Positions 19,486 to 29,622 are shown, numbered from the stretch's first letter. The stretch is 51,557 nucleotides of DNA from Candidatus Woesearchaeota archaeon CG10_big_fil_rev_8_21_14_0_10_36_11 (GCA_002762845.1 PCYB01000066.1:1-51557); one strand, 5' to 3'. Numbers and translations are program-made. Notes: a model not told the origin generated them from the sequence alone.

Positions 19486-22400
19486 CTATCTTTTTTCAAT
19501 AACATAAATTAAATGATACCCAAACGGTGTTTTTATAGGGGCAGAAATTTCTCCTGGACCAAGAGAGAACGCAGCATTTTCAAATTCAGGCACCATCATG
19601 TTTCTTCCGAACCACCCCAAATCTCCACCGTTAATTGCACTTCCAGGATCCTCAGACGTATCTTTCGCATATTGTTCAAAGTTTGCTGCATTAACCAACT
19701 TTCGTATTTCCGTGATTATAGCAAGTGTATCTTCATCACTTCGTCCTTCCGTTGAAATTAAGATGTGTGCTGCGTGAACTTCTTCCTGTTGATCTTTAGT
19801 CTCTTCAGGTGTCGAATAGACATTATTTTCTTGCTGACAGTCAAAATCAACTTTCCATGTGATTATCCTTGCTCCCGTTAACTGCTGTCTATCATCAAAC
19901 TTACTAAAACATTTTAATCCGTGACCGTCAAAAAGGAAAAGTTTTGTAAACATGCTATTTGCCTGAAGCGGATGCGCAAGTACGATTGTGTTTTGATCAA
20001 CAAGAATAACTGAAAGTCCCATCAATTCTCCTACAAACTTCTTTTCAACAATTCCATTTTCCGTTGTGTAGACGATGCTGTTAGGATATACTTTTCCATT
20101 ATTTGTCTGGATGAACGCTTCTTTTGTTGCTTTATCAATCTGAATAACTGCATTTCCATTACCAACACTAATTGTACATTCAAGTGCAGTACTTGTTTCA
20201 TCACAGCCAAAACTTCCTTGATAATTTGGCCATTGAGCAATCCATTGATCCGCGCCAGTCGTCGTTATTTCATAATAATACGTATCTGCTTCACTACTGG
20301 TTAAACCGAATTTGTTCATAAGTATTTGTTTTCCATTCTGTACATCAAGCTTTACTGCTTGGTACATCGCAGCTTTTTTGAAATCCCAGCTTCCAAAATG
20401 GCCCCAGACACCGGCTTTTCCTACCATGTCTTCTGAAGTAATATAAAATTGGTCAAGAAGGTTGTCACAGTATGTTATCGCAATAACATCTGCAATTTGT
20501 GCCGTGGTAAGACCTTCATCTTTAAGAATCTTGACTGCTTTTGTCTTATCATTGACAACCATCATCTTATTCATAACATCAACTGCTTTTACAGCATCAC
20601 CGTTAAGAAACCCTTCAAGTACATGAACTGGTTTCTGCTGTCCACAATTGAGCATACGTAACAACCCTACAGAAACTTGTTCGTCGTCCGTAAGCAATGT
20701 TTTTCCTACCCAATATATCCTTTCACCTTGGTCGGCACCGTCAAACGTGACGTGTTGTCCACTTATAGAATAGAACCAATGGCCAAAATCCCACCAGGAT
20801 GTTATTATTGCCTCTTTTGTACTATCTTTAATTTTTGTTAAACTAGTATACCATGCATCATTCATACTTGGGATCTCATTCTGTACTGTGTTTTTTGCAT
20901 CGTTTAATGGCGTTATTAACAATAAACAGAAAATGATGATAAAAAGAACTTTTGAAATTGTTTTGTCTATATGTATCGCATTTGAAAGCCATTCACTTGC
21001 AGCTTTGTATGTAATACCAATCATTGCACCGAATGCAATTGCAAATGCAGGAACCATAAGGATTGAAAATCGTACTCCTTTTGTGAAACCGTATGCAGTT
21101 CCCGCAATCCAAATGATAAGGAGAAGAGCGTATTGCATATTCGCATTACTCTCTTTAAAATAGACTATTTTTATAATACCAACAAGTACGGGAACACTTA
21201 TAAGGGTAATAAATACTATTGGGTTGTTAAGTGTGTTTTTTAACGAAATGATAATTAAATAATACGCACCAGATCCGAGAAAGTACCACACATTTTTCAT
21301 TTTCTCTTTTTTTGTAGTACATAACAATAAAATAATCCCCATAAGACCTATCCAAAATAAGAACTTTCCACCCATTTGTGATATGATACCACTAAGGTCA
21401 GTTTCGTTAAATTCTGCAACAGTTGTGAGGACATTTGGCCATATCTTCGTTACTGCAACTTGTTTAATTGCCGATGCTTTTAATGGCGCTGTGAATAATA
21501 TTTTAAACTTTGAGAATCCTGCCAAAAGAGAGATGAACACTGCCGATGCAATAAAATAAATGCCTCCTACAAAAGCTGTATCTTTAACATTCTTTTTAAA
21601 TAACGGTTTTGTTTCTTTATGTTGTACATTGCGTACAATGTTATATCCCAAATATATAATTATTGCTGCAAAGATAAACACGAGTATGTACCAATATCCT
21701 AACCATGTTACTGCATACAAACCACTTACAAGACCCGCAATGCAACCAAACAGAACCTTCTTCTTTGTATTTTTTGCTTCAAGTGCTTCAAGGAAAAACC
21801 ATGCTATTAATAATGGAAATAAAATGTTATATGCATCAGTGTCAGAAAATCCTGCAGGTGTCCTGCCAAGAAGTGCGGCATTGATGGCAATAATTGTTGA
21901 TGCAAAAAATCCACCTACATTCCCTCCAACCTTTCTTCCTATAAGAAACGCAGGAATGAGCGATAAACCAATAATAATAACAGGAATAAAAAATATAACG
22001 CGCATTAATGACGTATCTTTGCTAAAGAGATGGACAAATTTGTATACCCATGCACTGAAAATGGTATGGACTGGAATGTTTGTTATTGCACGTCCTTCTC
22101 GACCGTTCCGCAAACTAAATATTCTTTCTCCATCAGCATTATAACTATCTCCTAATTGGCCATACTCCAAATAGTTTCTTGCTTCTGCAAACCAGTAATA
22201 AGGATCTATCGCGAGAAGGTACGTATCACCATTTTCGTCTTGTAATTGTGATTTAAATTGTGCAGATACTTGTTCTTTATCTAATTCTATCTGATCTTTA
22301 TTATTCTGCAACATCGTTTGAAACTCTTTTTCAATCAACACATCTCTATTTTGCTGCGGAAGGTTCGGATACTGCTGATTAACACTTTGTGTTATTTGGT

Positions 22401-22944
22401 TTTTATAAAACGATTGAACCTGACTTTCTGCCCAGTCATCTGTTATCGGAAGGTACGCTGGAGCCATCCTAAAATAGGATGAAATAAAAATGGTAAGAAG
22501 GATAAGTGCAAGTGGAAGTAACCACTTCTTGTTTTTGTGCGTCCATGCACCAATTTTTGCAGTATCAATAGAAAAATCATCTTTCTTTCTTGTATGAGTT
22601 CCGCTTCTTTCACTTTTGTTATCTTTTGAGTATACGTTTTTAATGAAACTTTTTGTCTTAGTTTTTATTGCAGCAAGATCAAAAGAAACGGTTTTATTTG
22701 TTTCTTCTTCAGTAAATTCTTCAGTAAACATATCATCACTTTTCCTGTGATGTGGTTCACTAATTTCAACAATCCTTTCTTTCTTTTCTTTTGCAGGGAT
22801 TTCTTTCCCTAATGGTTTCTGAGGGCCCGTAGTGTGTTTTATTTCTTTCTCTGAACCTTCATTTGCAAATCCTTCAAGAATATCATCATTATTGTCCTGT
22901 TCCTCATTTTTATAATCTTCGCTATTATCAATCACTGTACACAC
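19486..22944 (-). CDS. aglB: Archaeal oligosaccharyltransferase AglB/STT3 fused to a C-terminal PpiC/parvulin-type peptidyl-prolyl isomerase
   Basis: Many TM segments. The WWDFGHW motif (nt 20776-20796) equals the STT3 WWDYG signature. The last ~100 aa read AAHILI...GGDLGWFGRNMMVPEFENAAF...TPFGYHLIYV, a parvulin signature. GTG start with TTTATAAA 27-34 bp upstream. Confidence 0.85.
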   Translation of the reverse strand: MCTVIDNSEDYKNEEQDNNDDILEGFANEGSEKEIKHTTGPQKPLGKEIPAKEKKERIVEISEPHHRKSDDMFTEEFTEEETNKTVSFDLAAIKTKTKSFIKNVYSKDNKSERSGTHTRKKDDFSIDTAKIGAWTHKNKKWLLPLALILLTIFISSYFRMAPAYLPITDDWAESQVQSFYKNQITQSVNQQYPNLPQQNRDVLIEKEFQTMLQNNKDQIELDKEQVSAQFKSQLQDENGDTYLLAIDPYYWFAEARNYLEYGQLGDSYNADGERIFSLRNGREGRAITNIPVHTIFSAWVYKFVHLFSKDTSLMRVIFFIPVIIIGLSLIPAFLIGRKVGGNVGGFFASTIIAINAALLGRTPAGFSDTDAYNILFPLLIAWFFLEALEAKNTKKKVLFGCIAGLVSGLYAVTWLGYWYILVFIFAAIIIYLGYNIVRNVQHKETKPLFKKNVKDTAFVGGIYFIASAVFISLLAGFSKFKILFTAPLKASAIKQVAVTKIWPNVLTTVAEFNETDLSGIISQMGGKFLFWIGLMGIILLLCTTKKEKMKNVWYFLGSGAYYLIIISLKNTLNNPIVFITLISVPVLVGIIKIVYFKESNANMQYALLLIIWIAGTAYGFTKGVRFSILMVPAFAIAFGAMIGITYKAASEWLSNAIHIDKTISKVLFIIIFCLLLITPLNDAKNTVQNEIPSMNDAWYTSLTKIKDSTKEAIITSWWDFGHWFYSISGQHVTFDGADQGERIYWVGKTLLTDDEQVSVGLLRMLNCGQQKPVHVLEGFLNGDAVKAVDVMNKMMVVNDKTKAVKILKDEGLTTAQIADVIAITYCDNLLDQFYITSEDMVGKAGVWGHFGSWDFKKAAMYQAVKLDVQNGKQILMNKFGLTSSEADTYYYEITTTGADQWIAQWPNYQGSFGCDETSTALECTISVGNGNAVIQIDKATKEAFIQTNNGKVYPNSIVYTTENGIVEKKFVGELMGLSVILVDQNTIVLAHPLQANSMFTKLFLFDGHGLKCFSKFDDRQQLTGARIITWKVDFDCQQENNVYSTPEETKDQQEEVHAAHILISTEGRSDEDTLAIITEIRKLVNAANFEQYAKDTSEDPGSAINGGDLGWFGRNMMVPEFENAAFSLGPGEISAPIKTPFGYHLIYVIEKR

Positions 22945-23082
22945 CCTCTTGGCTTCGAAATGGTAAGTCGTTTATAAAGTTTATTATGTTTGAAACCATT
23001 TCATTTCATAGAAATACTCCATTTTAATCACATCTATTCTTCAGCAAGCTTTTTATATGTCGATATTCTTTTAAATGAAAGT
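22945..23082. promoter_or_regulatory. Divergent promoter region (aglB and secreted-protein operon)
   Basis: TTTATAAA at 22971-22978 lies 27-34 bp from the aglB start. TTTTATAT at 23051-23058 lies 25-32 bp upstream of the ATG at 23083. Confidence 0.45.
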
Positions 23083-24132
23083 ATGCAAAAAAGAGGACAA
23101 GTAACAGTGTTTATTATAGTTGGGATTGTCTTATTATTAGTGGTTGGATTGTTATTCTTTCAACAAGGACAAGATGAAACGGAAACAGTTCTTATTGATA
23201 GAGAACTTATCACCGTCCCGTATGCTTCTTCTGTCCAAGATTTTGTTCAATCATGTTTCGAACAAGTAGTGGAACTGGGAGTTCTTCAAACTGGCAGGCA
23301 GGGCGGATATTGGGAATCGCCACTTGACTATTCAATAATTTTCTTTGACGATTCACTTCCTTATTATTATGCTGACGAAAAAATGATGATCATCTCAGAA
23401 GTTGATGCTGAGAAAGAACTTGAGAGGTACATTGAAGAAACGTTACCTACTTGTTTACAAAACTTTTCACATTTTGAAGAGGAAGGATACAAAATAATGT
23501 CTGGTAAAGTAGATGTTAATGTTGATTTTGGTCAACAGGTTATTGTTGAACTTAAGTATCCTCTTGAAGTACAAAAAGGAATCACAGTTATCGAGCTACA
23601 CGATTTTGTTCATACTGTTGATATTAACATACAAAAATTTTTAGAAACTGCACGTAAAATAGTTCAGAAACATATGGATACTGAGGGATACGTTTGCTTA
23701 ACATGTATTGACGAATGGGCAACTGACGATGATGTTATAATCACCGTTTTTCCCGTATATGATACCGGACCGTTTGGAAATGATCTTGTGTGGTTTACTA
23801 TGCAAGACAAAGATACTGCACTAATAAAAGGTAATAATTTTACGTTTGAGTTTATTGTTGAGGCCATTCCTGTGAAAGAAAAAGAAGAATTTGTGATGGA
23901 AGATATTGTTAGTTTTGATATTTTATCAAACATTTTGTTTGAATATCAGATAAAAACAAACAAAGATGACGTTTTATTTTATGATGATACCGACATGTTT
24001 GATATTAACAACGATGGACTGATTAAATTTACTCCCTCAGAAGACCAAAAAGGATCACATTTTGTTGAAATTGAAGCTCAAGATAATATTGGTAATATTG
24101 ATACAGAACTAATATTGTTTACAATAAATTAA
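23083..24132 (+). CDS. Signal-anchored/secreted hypothetical protein
   Basis: ORF 22990.. begins with TTG. The ATG at 23083 gives MQKRGQVTVFIIVGIVLLLVVGLLFF (an N-terminal TM/signal) and has a well-placed TATA box. Confidence 0.6.
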   Translation: MQKRGQVTVFIIVGIVLLLVVGLLFFQQGQDETETVLIDRELITVPYASSVQDFVQSCFEQVVELGVLQTGRQGGYWESPLDYSIIFFDDSLPYYYADEKMMIISEVDAEKELERYIEETLPTCLQNFSHFEEEGYKIMSGKVDVNVDFGQQVIVELKYPLEVQKGITVIELHDFVHTVDINIQKFLETARKIVQKHMDTEGYVCLTCIDEWATDDDVIITVFPVYDTGPFGNDLVWFTMQDKDTALIKGNNFTFEFIVEAIPVKEKEEFVMEDIVSFDILSNILFEYQIKTNKDDVLFYDDTDMFDINNDGLIKFTPSEDQKGSHFVEIEAQDNIGNIDTELILFTIN

Positions 24133-24135
24133 TAG

Positions 24136-26949
24136 ATGAAAAAAATGAGAAAATATAACCCGATAATGGTACTTGTTCTTTTTGTATTTAGTATAGCATT
24201 TGTTATTGCACAAGATCCTACTCTTCATTTTCCCTCCGCCCCAGTAGATTCAGTTCCAGTAGAGGAATTTATATTCTTTACTCCACAAGATCAAGCATTG
24301 TATATCTCAAGTATTCAAGATTTTGAAGATAATTATCAAATTGCATATGATTATTTTTCAAGTTCTGCAAATATTATGGTGGTTCCCGATGCATTCGAAC
24401 AGTTTATGGCATCACAGGGAATAACAATTTTCATTGATACCCTTGCTCCCCCATCAGAATTTTACTATAGTCCTTCCGGAAAACTTGTTGGTGCCGGTGG
24501 GGAAGAAGTTAACATATACGATTTTTCTCATGCTAAAGAAAGTTTAAAGATTGATGATGAGGGAAACGTTATCATCGTTGATAGCGATAATGGTGAGTGG
24601 CCATTTTCTGGAACACTTAGTTTCTCTCAAGGCAAGTTTGTCATCGACGATGGCGAGATTGGTTCTCAGAAAATTCAAGATGGAGAGTTCATACTTATTG
24701 GTGGAACTGTGAGGGGAAACGCAATAGGTTTTGCAGGACTTCATTTTGAAAAGTCTACAGCGTTTGAATTTGTTGAGAATAATAACATAGTTAAGTTAGT
24801 AAAAGCGACAGTTAAAAGTGTTGATGCGGATTCTGATATTACAATCTATGGACGGAAAGTTTTGCTTCCTGAGGGGGATAGGATAGAAAAAGGAAGGTTA
24901 ACATTTGAGAAGGGCAGCCCCGTCTTAGTTGGAAGTGATTCTCAAGTTACTATCAAAGGCTTTACACATACCACACAAAAAGATAAAACGTTACGATTAG
25001 TCTACGTTACAAGTCCTGAATTGGATAATATCAATGCAGAAGAACAAGATGCACTATCAAAAGTTTCTTTGGGAAGTGAATTTGAACATGAGTGGAACGA
25101 TCAGTTTAGTAAACTTTCCGCTCTTAAAGCAAAACAGAAAGAACTTGAGAAACGGTTTAGAGAGTTAGTTGGTTCAAAAGCATCATCTGAAAAAATCAAT
25201 ATTGTCAAACAAGAATTAGAATCACTTTCACTATCAATTTCTTTAGAATCTGATGTATTGCGGAAAATTACTACAAAATATGTTCCGACAGTTATGGTGC
25301 AGGAAGATATCCATCAAAAATATAAAGAGCAACGAGAAAAATTGTACGCGGAAATTGTTCCAAGTATCATGCCTGAAGAAAATTATTTCATGTATGGTGA
25401 TGAACACATTTGGTTGGGTGGTGATGGTTTTGTCTCACGTGCTGAAGATGATAATCCAATATTCCTTGAATATAGGGTGGTATTTGAAGGCTGGCAAACA
25501 AGACAACGTACGGGGCGTTTAGAATTTGAACTCAAAGGGGGAACAATGGATGTTGTTAAAGAGTCTCCTCCTAAAAGACCATTAGCTTTATCTCTAACAT
25601 TATCTGGAGAGGGAACAATTACTAATGGTAAATATGTTTTCGATGCTGATGGCCAACAGATACTTCTTTCTGCCACAGATGTTTCACCCTCTGAAGAATT
25701 AGTTTCTTCTGATATGAGATTTGAATACCATACACATAGTGGAGAAATGAAGTTATACGACCTTAACATTGATGCAGAATACTATCTTGAACTTACATCG
25801 GAAGAACGAGCAGATTTATTGGAGCGACGTGCACCTATTGAAGAATTTCTAAAAGCATATAGTATAGAACTTGATGAAAACCCCCAATTTAAAAAAATAA
25901 TTGCAGCACTTGAACCCCTGGAAGATAAACTTCTTCTACTGCGTTATGATCAGGAAGAAGCGTTAGGACAATTACGTCGAGCAGAACTTGCCGGAACTCC
26001 TGCAGAAAAAATTTTAACAAAGAAAGAATTAGACAAGATTACAGCATCAATCGAAGATGTAGATCGTCAGATTGTATTTCTTGAACAAAGTGCAGGGGGA
26101 TATGATGACTTTAAAAGATTACGAGAAGCACAAGCAGAATATGCAGACGAACTTGATGACATTAATTTTAGACTTGTAGGTGATATTGGAGAAATAAAAT
26201 CTGGCGTTTGGGGTCAAATTATAAGTTCAGAAGATGGTAATTCGTTTATAAGTTATCAAGAATATATTGAAGGTTTTCCCATTATCAGAAATACAGATGT
26301 TCGGCAATGGACCGCAGAAACATACAGACAATCTGCAGGAGTAACAGTAAGTGGTGAAGAACTTGAAATTCCAAACATAATTATTAAAAATAGTGATAGG
26401 CTACAACTCGACGTATTAAATGGCGATCAACAATGTATAGACACACAGTTTCGTTTAGCATATGAATATGCGATATCAACTGGTCAGGATATTTGTTTTG
26501 GCGGTGGAAAAACGTGCCTACGTGATCCTCAATATTTTCAACGTCCACAAAAGTTTGTTGAAGATTGGATGGCAAGTCAGTCAACTCAAGCGTATGTGCG
26601 AGCGACACAATTGGTAGAAGCAGGAAGTGGAAGTTCATGGGAAGATGATATACAAGTTCTTTCTGTTGACGAGTATGATACTATTCAACCTGGCGATGTT
26701 CTAATACTATATGGTCATGCAATCGGTGTTAAAGACGTTATTGAGATTCCTCCTGGAAGTGGAAAAAAATATATACAACAATTTGCGGGATCAATGCCTG
26801 CGATTGATGCACACATATACCAAGGTGTTGGTGAACATGGCGGCTTGAAAAGTATTGAACAGCTCAAATCTGAACGTCGTGGAATTGAAGGCGAAAAGAA
26901 AAAGCTACTTTCAGTGTTTAGATGGAAATTTAGACCTTACGCGACTTAA
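24136..26949 (+). CDS. Large secreted protein with coiled-coil middle and possible C-terminal Cys-His hydrolase-like region
   Basis: N-terminal signal/TM (IMVLVLFVFSIAFVIAQDP). Heptad-like E/K/L-rich central segments. C-terminal QQCIDTQF ... PGDVLILYGHAIGV weakly resembles NlpC/P60. Confidence 0.55.
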   Translation: MKKMRKYNPIMVLVLFVFSIAFVIAQDPTLHFPSAPVDSVPVEEFIFFTPQDQALYISSIQDFEDNYQIAYDYFSSSANIMVVPDAFEQFMASQGITIFIDTLAPPSEFYYSPSGKLVGAGGEEVNIYDFSHAKESLKIDDEGNVIIVDSDNGEWPFSGTLSFSQGKFVIDDGEIGSQKIQDGEFILIGGTVRGNAIGFAGLHFEKSTAFEFVENNNIVKLVKATVKSVDADSDITIYGRKVLLPEGDRIEKGRLTFEKGSPVLVGSDSQVTIKGFTHTTQKDKTLRLVYVTSPELDNINAEEQDALSKVSLGSEFEHEWNDQFSKLSALKAKQKELEKRFRELVGSKASSEKINIVKQELESLSLSISLESDVLRKITTKYVPTVMVQEDIHQKYKEQREKLYAEIVPSIMPEENYFMYGDEHIWLGGDGFVSRAEDDNPIFLEYRVVFEGWQTRQRTGRLEFELKGGTMDVVKESPPKRPLALSLTLSGEGTITNGKYVFDADGQQILLSATDVSPSEELVSSDMRFEYHTHSGEMKLYDLNIDAEYYLELTSEERADLLERRAPIEEFLKAYSIELDENPQFKKIIAALEPLEDKLLLLRYDQEEALGQLRRAELAGTPAEKILTKKELDKITASIEDVDRQIVFLEQSAGGYDDFKRLREAQAEYADELDDINFRLVGDIGEIKSGVWGQIISSEDGNSFISYQEYIEGFPIIRNTDVRQWTAETYRQSAGVTVSGEELEIPNIIIKNSDRLQLDVLNGDQQCIDTQFRLAYEYAISTGQDICFGGGKTCLRDPQYFQRPQKFVEDWMASQSTQAYVRATQLVEAGSGSSWEDDIQVLSVDEYDTIQPGDVLILYGHAIGVKDVIEIPPGSGKKYIQQFAGSMPAIDAHIYQGVGEHGGLKSIEQLKSERRGIEGEKKKLLSVFRWKFRPYAT

Positions 26950-27020
26950 AGATGAACACATTACAAGAATAATTAATTATTAATTGAAATAATTAATAGA
27001 ATAAGTTATTTTATCACAAT

Positions 27021-27041
27021 TATTACATTAATGATGTAATA
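27021..27041. terminator. AT-rich hairpin between convergent genes
   Basis: TATTACAT-TAATG-ATGTAATA forms an 8-bp stem with a 5-nt loop, located between the 3' ends of 24136..26949 (+) and 27050..27595 (-). Confidence 0.2.
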
Positions 27042-27049
27042 ATAAATAC

Positions 27050-27595
27050 TTATCTGCTTATCATATTTAATGGTGTTAAAACTTTATCTCCTTCAGAATC
27101 CATTCTTTTCGCTAATCTCCTGATTCTTGTATAATGTGGTTGTGTTCTTACAGTATTAAAAGCAAATGTTATAAAATCTTCATATCCTTCCTTTGGTTTG
27201 TGGACTAATGATTTACGTTCTTCTCCATTTAAACTAAGGTATGTTTTTGCAAAATTTTTTATATCCGAACCGTCTCTATGTGTAAGAATATATACCCCCA
27301 TTTGTGGTGCAAGTTCAACAAGGACGTACTCATGGCCATTAGGAGAATAATCTAATCCTTTTCTAAACGCGCGAACACTTTCAGGAACAGTGATATAGTC
27401 GTCAAGAGTCCTATCTTCAATCCTCTTATTTCCTCTATCACCTGGACTCTCATCAACTCGTTTTTCATTTTCTTGTGGTGTAGAAAGTGTTACTTTTGTT
27501 GTTACATCTGGTTCTAGTGTATCACGACAAGAGTTAAGTGCTACTAATCCAACAAGACTAGCAACCGAAATAAGTGTTCTTATGTAATATGACAT
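27050..27595 (-). CDS. Putative lipoprotein/secreted hypothetical protein
   Basis: ATG at 27595 gives MSYYIRTLISVASLVGLVALNSC (signal peptide with a lipobox-like LNSC). The ORF-track start at 27610 is a GTG. Confidence 0.5.
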   Translation of the reverse strand: MSYYIRTLISVASLVGLVALNSCRDTLEPDVTTKVTLSTPQENEKRVDESPGDRGNKRIEDRTLDDYITVPESVRAFRKGLDYSPNGHEYVLVELAPQMGVYILTHRDGSDIKNFAKTYLSLNGEERKSLVHKPKEGYEDFITFAFNTVRTQPHYTRIRRLAKRMDSEGDKVLTPLNMISR

Positions 27596-27658
27596 TCTTA
27601 TCAATACCACGTATGATTATAAAAACAAGTGCGACCAAGTTTATAAATCTTTTTAGAA

Positions 27659-28885
27659 TTATTTACTAGTAAGTAGTTCTTTCCAACGGAGGATTTCTTT
27701 AGGTACCCCAAATGCTTCACACAATGGAACTATTGTGGGTTCGTGAAATAATGTGTGAAGAACAAGATCTGAACAATCTAAAACACCATTTCCATTATCT
27801 TCGTAAAGAACAGCAATGTGTCTGGGAAAGAAAACAACATCACCTTCATTAACAGTTCCATATGGGACTGGATTCCCCCCGTTATCTAAAAGTATTCCTC
27901 GAGTATTGGTATCAGAAATCTGTGCAATTCTCGTGGTATGTTTTTTATTACGTAATCCATACGACCACGTGTACGGGTTTTCATGTCCATATCTTCTCCA
28001 TCCGTATGTTGCAAAGTCTGCACAATCAGATCCGATTAACGAGTCAACCTGCGATGTAGTACTTGCCCATATGTATGGTGTGTTAAACAACTCAAAAAGG
28101 TAATCTGTCCATGAACCTGTATCTGGACGAAAAGAAACACGATGAACCTTCGTACTTATTGCACCATGTTTAATAGACTCACTACCAGAACTTGCCATTT
28201 CTCTTCCATTAAGACGTGCAACTACTTTAAATCTCATAACACCTATTCCCGAAGGTTTCTCCAAAAATAGATCTTCAAATGATGTTGGATGAACGTCGGC
28301 ACTAGTTTTCCATCCGTCTCGCCATGATGTTTCCTCATAAAGTATAGGGTGCCTCTTTGAAATATATCCATAACTATTACCTTCTGCCTCGACTTTAAAC
28401 CATTCTACGTCTGGCTTTTTTGATGATGGCCAAGACATAACTCTATCCGCTTTCCTTTTTCCTTGTAATTTAATACATGGCGCATCAGTAAAGTACACTT
28501 TTTGTCCAAATCGTGTCGCTTCAAGAACAACGTACATTTCAACAGTATCGTCAATAGTTGCGTACTTTGGTTTTTGATCAGCACACGTTGCCGCAACGTC
28601 TTCTCCTCCAGTAATGCGTGAAACGATATGTACATTTTGTGGTATAATGCCAGATGTTAAAATTGTTTCTGGTTGAATCCCTGCCGTGATTCCAGCTTCA
28701 ACAACTCTTTCCAGTGTTGATCCACAAAATTGTGATAATGAAGAAACGTGTCTTGGTGGTTGAACAATGGCAAAACGTGCAGGATTTGCAAACGCAAGGG
28801 AGCCAATCAACGCAAGTGATGCAAGTGATGTCGCAACATTTCTCAAAACCATCTGTGGAGGAGTTGTGATGGAATATATAAACAT
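27659..28885 (-). CDS. Secreted NlpC/P60-like cysteine peptidase-domain protein
   Basis: N-terminal hydrophobic signal. The C-terminal GSDCADFATYGWRRYG ... EGDVVFFPRHIAVLYEDNG ... LHT matches the Cys...His...polar pattern of the NlpC/P60 fold. Confidence 0.5.
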   Translation of the reverse strand: MFIYSITTPPQMVLRNVATSLASLALIGSLAFANPARFAIVQPPRHVSSLSQFCGSTLERVVEAGITAGIQPETILTSGIIPQNVHIVSRITGGEDVAATCADQKPKYATIDDTVEMYVVLEATRFGQKVYFTDAPCIKLQGKRKADRVMSWPSSKKPDVEWFKVEAEGNSYGYISKRHPILYEETSWRDGWKTSADVHPTSFEDLFLEKPSGIGVMRFKVVARLNGREMASSGSESIKHGAISTKVHRVSFRPDTGSWTDYLFELFNTPYIWASTTSQVDSLIGSDCADFATYGWRRYGHENPYTWSYGLRNKKHTTRIAQISDTNTRGILLDNGGNPVPYGTVNEGDVVFFPRHIAVLYEDNGNGVLDCSDLVLHTLFHEPTIVPLCEAFGVPKEILRWKELLTSK

Positions 28886-28992
28886 TTCTTGATTTTTTTA
28901 CTTTTAAGTAGTTATTTAAAATTTTTGAATTTTATTTTTAAGCGTCATCACAAATCATAATCATTAAATAATCCGTTCTATTAAATAATCTC

Positions 28993-29622
28993 ATGATAAA
29001 CACACTTGCACGTATCTTCGGCTCAAAAACACATGCACAGGAGATTGTTTTGTTGCAGAAAGATGTGAAACATGTTGTCCGTCACGGATTTTATGAATCA
29101 GAGATTTCACAAGTTGAACACTATTGTCGAGAAAATAACCTCTTTTGTGTTAGATCAAAATTCAAAGTCATCCTTGCGGATGATACAGGATATTCAAACA
29201 AAGGGTTTAGGGTTCCAGAGAACGATTCACGACAAGGGATGTATTTTCTGTACATGTCAAAAGATGAAGAGAAAGTGTGGTTGGCAGCATATTATGAACT
29301 GATGAACAACCATGTAGATTTAGGACTATTGTTAGGATATCCACGATGTTGCGTGAATTTCTTTTGTAGAAATTTTAGCGAGAATAATCCTAATCCTGCC
29401 CATATACCCACAAACCCATTTACAAATCTCACAAAGAGAAACAATGATGCGGTTTTAGTGTCACACTTTCCATGCAGTTCAGACTGTGAAGAAAGTATTG
29501 CATTGGCAAAGGTATACCTTGCCGTTCTTATGAAAGAAGATACAGGTAGGACAGAAGAGTTATTGAAAGAGTTACGTCTTACTCAATCTCAATCCCAACA
29601 GGACAATGATCCGATCCCATAA
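28993..29622 (+). CDS. Hypothetical protein with GYPRCC motif
   Basis: Intact 209-aa ORF with LLLGYPRCCVNFF and FPCSSDCEES Cys motifs. Its 3' end overlaps convergent xth by 44 nt. Confidence 0.4.
   Translation: MINTLARIFGSKTHAQEIVLLQKDVKHVVRHGFYESEISQVEHYCRENNLFCVRSKFKVILADDTGYSNKGFRVPENDSRQGMYFLYMSKDEEKVWLAAYYELMNNHVDLGLLLGYPRCCVNFFCRNFSENNPNPAHIPTNPFTNLTKRNNDAVLVSHFPCSSDCEESIALAKVYLAVLMKEDTGRTEELLKELRLTQSQSQQDNDPIP

Noticed and set aside
21560-22144. 194-aa plus-strand ORF inside aglB, and similar internal ORFs (5191..5541, 7147..7470, 8021..8365, 13729..14112, 25383..25769)
   Set aside because: All are antisense or off-frame within longer ORFs that carry clear family motifs. They are shadow ORFs.
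22990-23082. TTG-initiated N-terminal extension of the secreted protein ORF
   Set aside because: The ATG at 23083 is followed directly by a signal/TM segment and has a TATA box 25-32 bp upstream. The extension would begin inside the promoter region.
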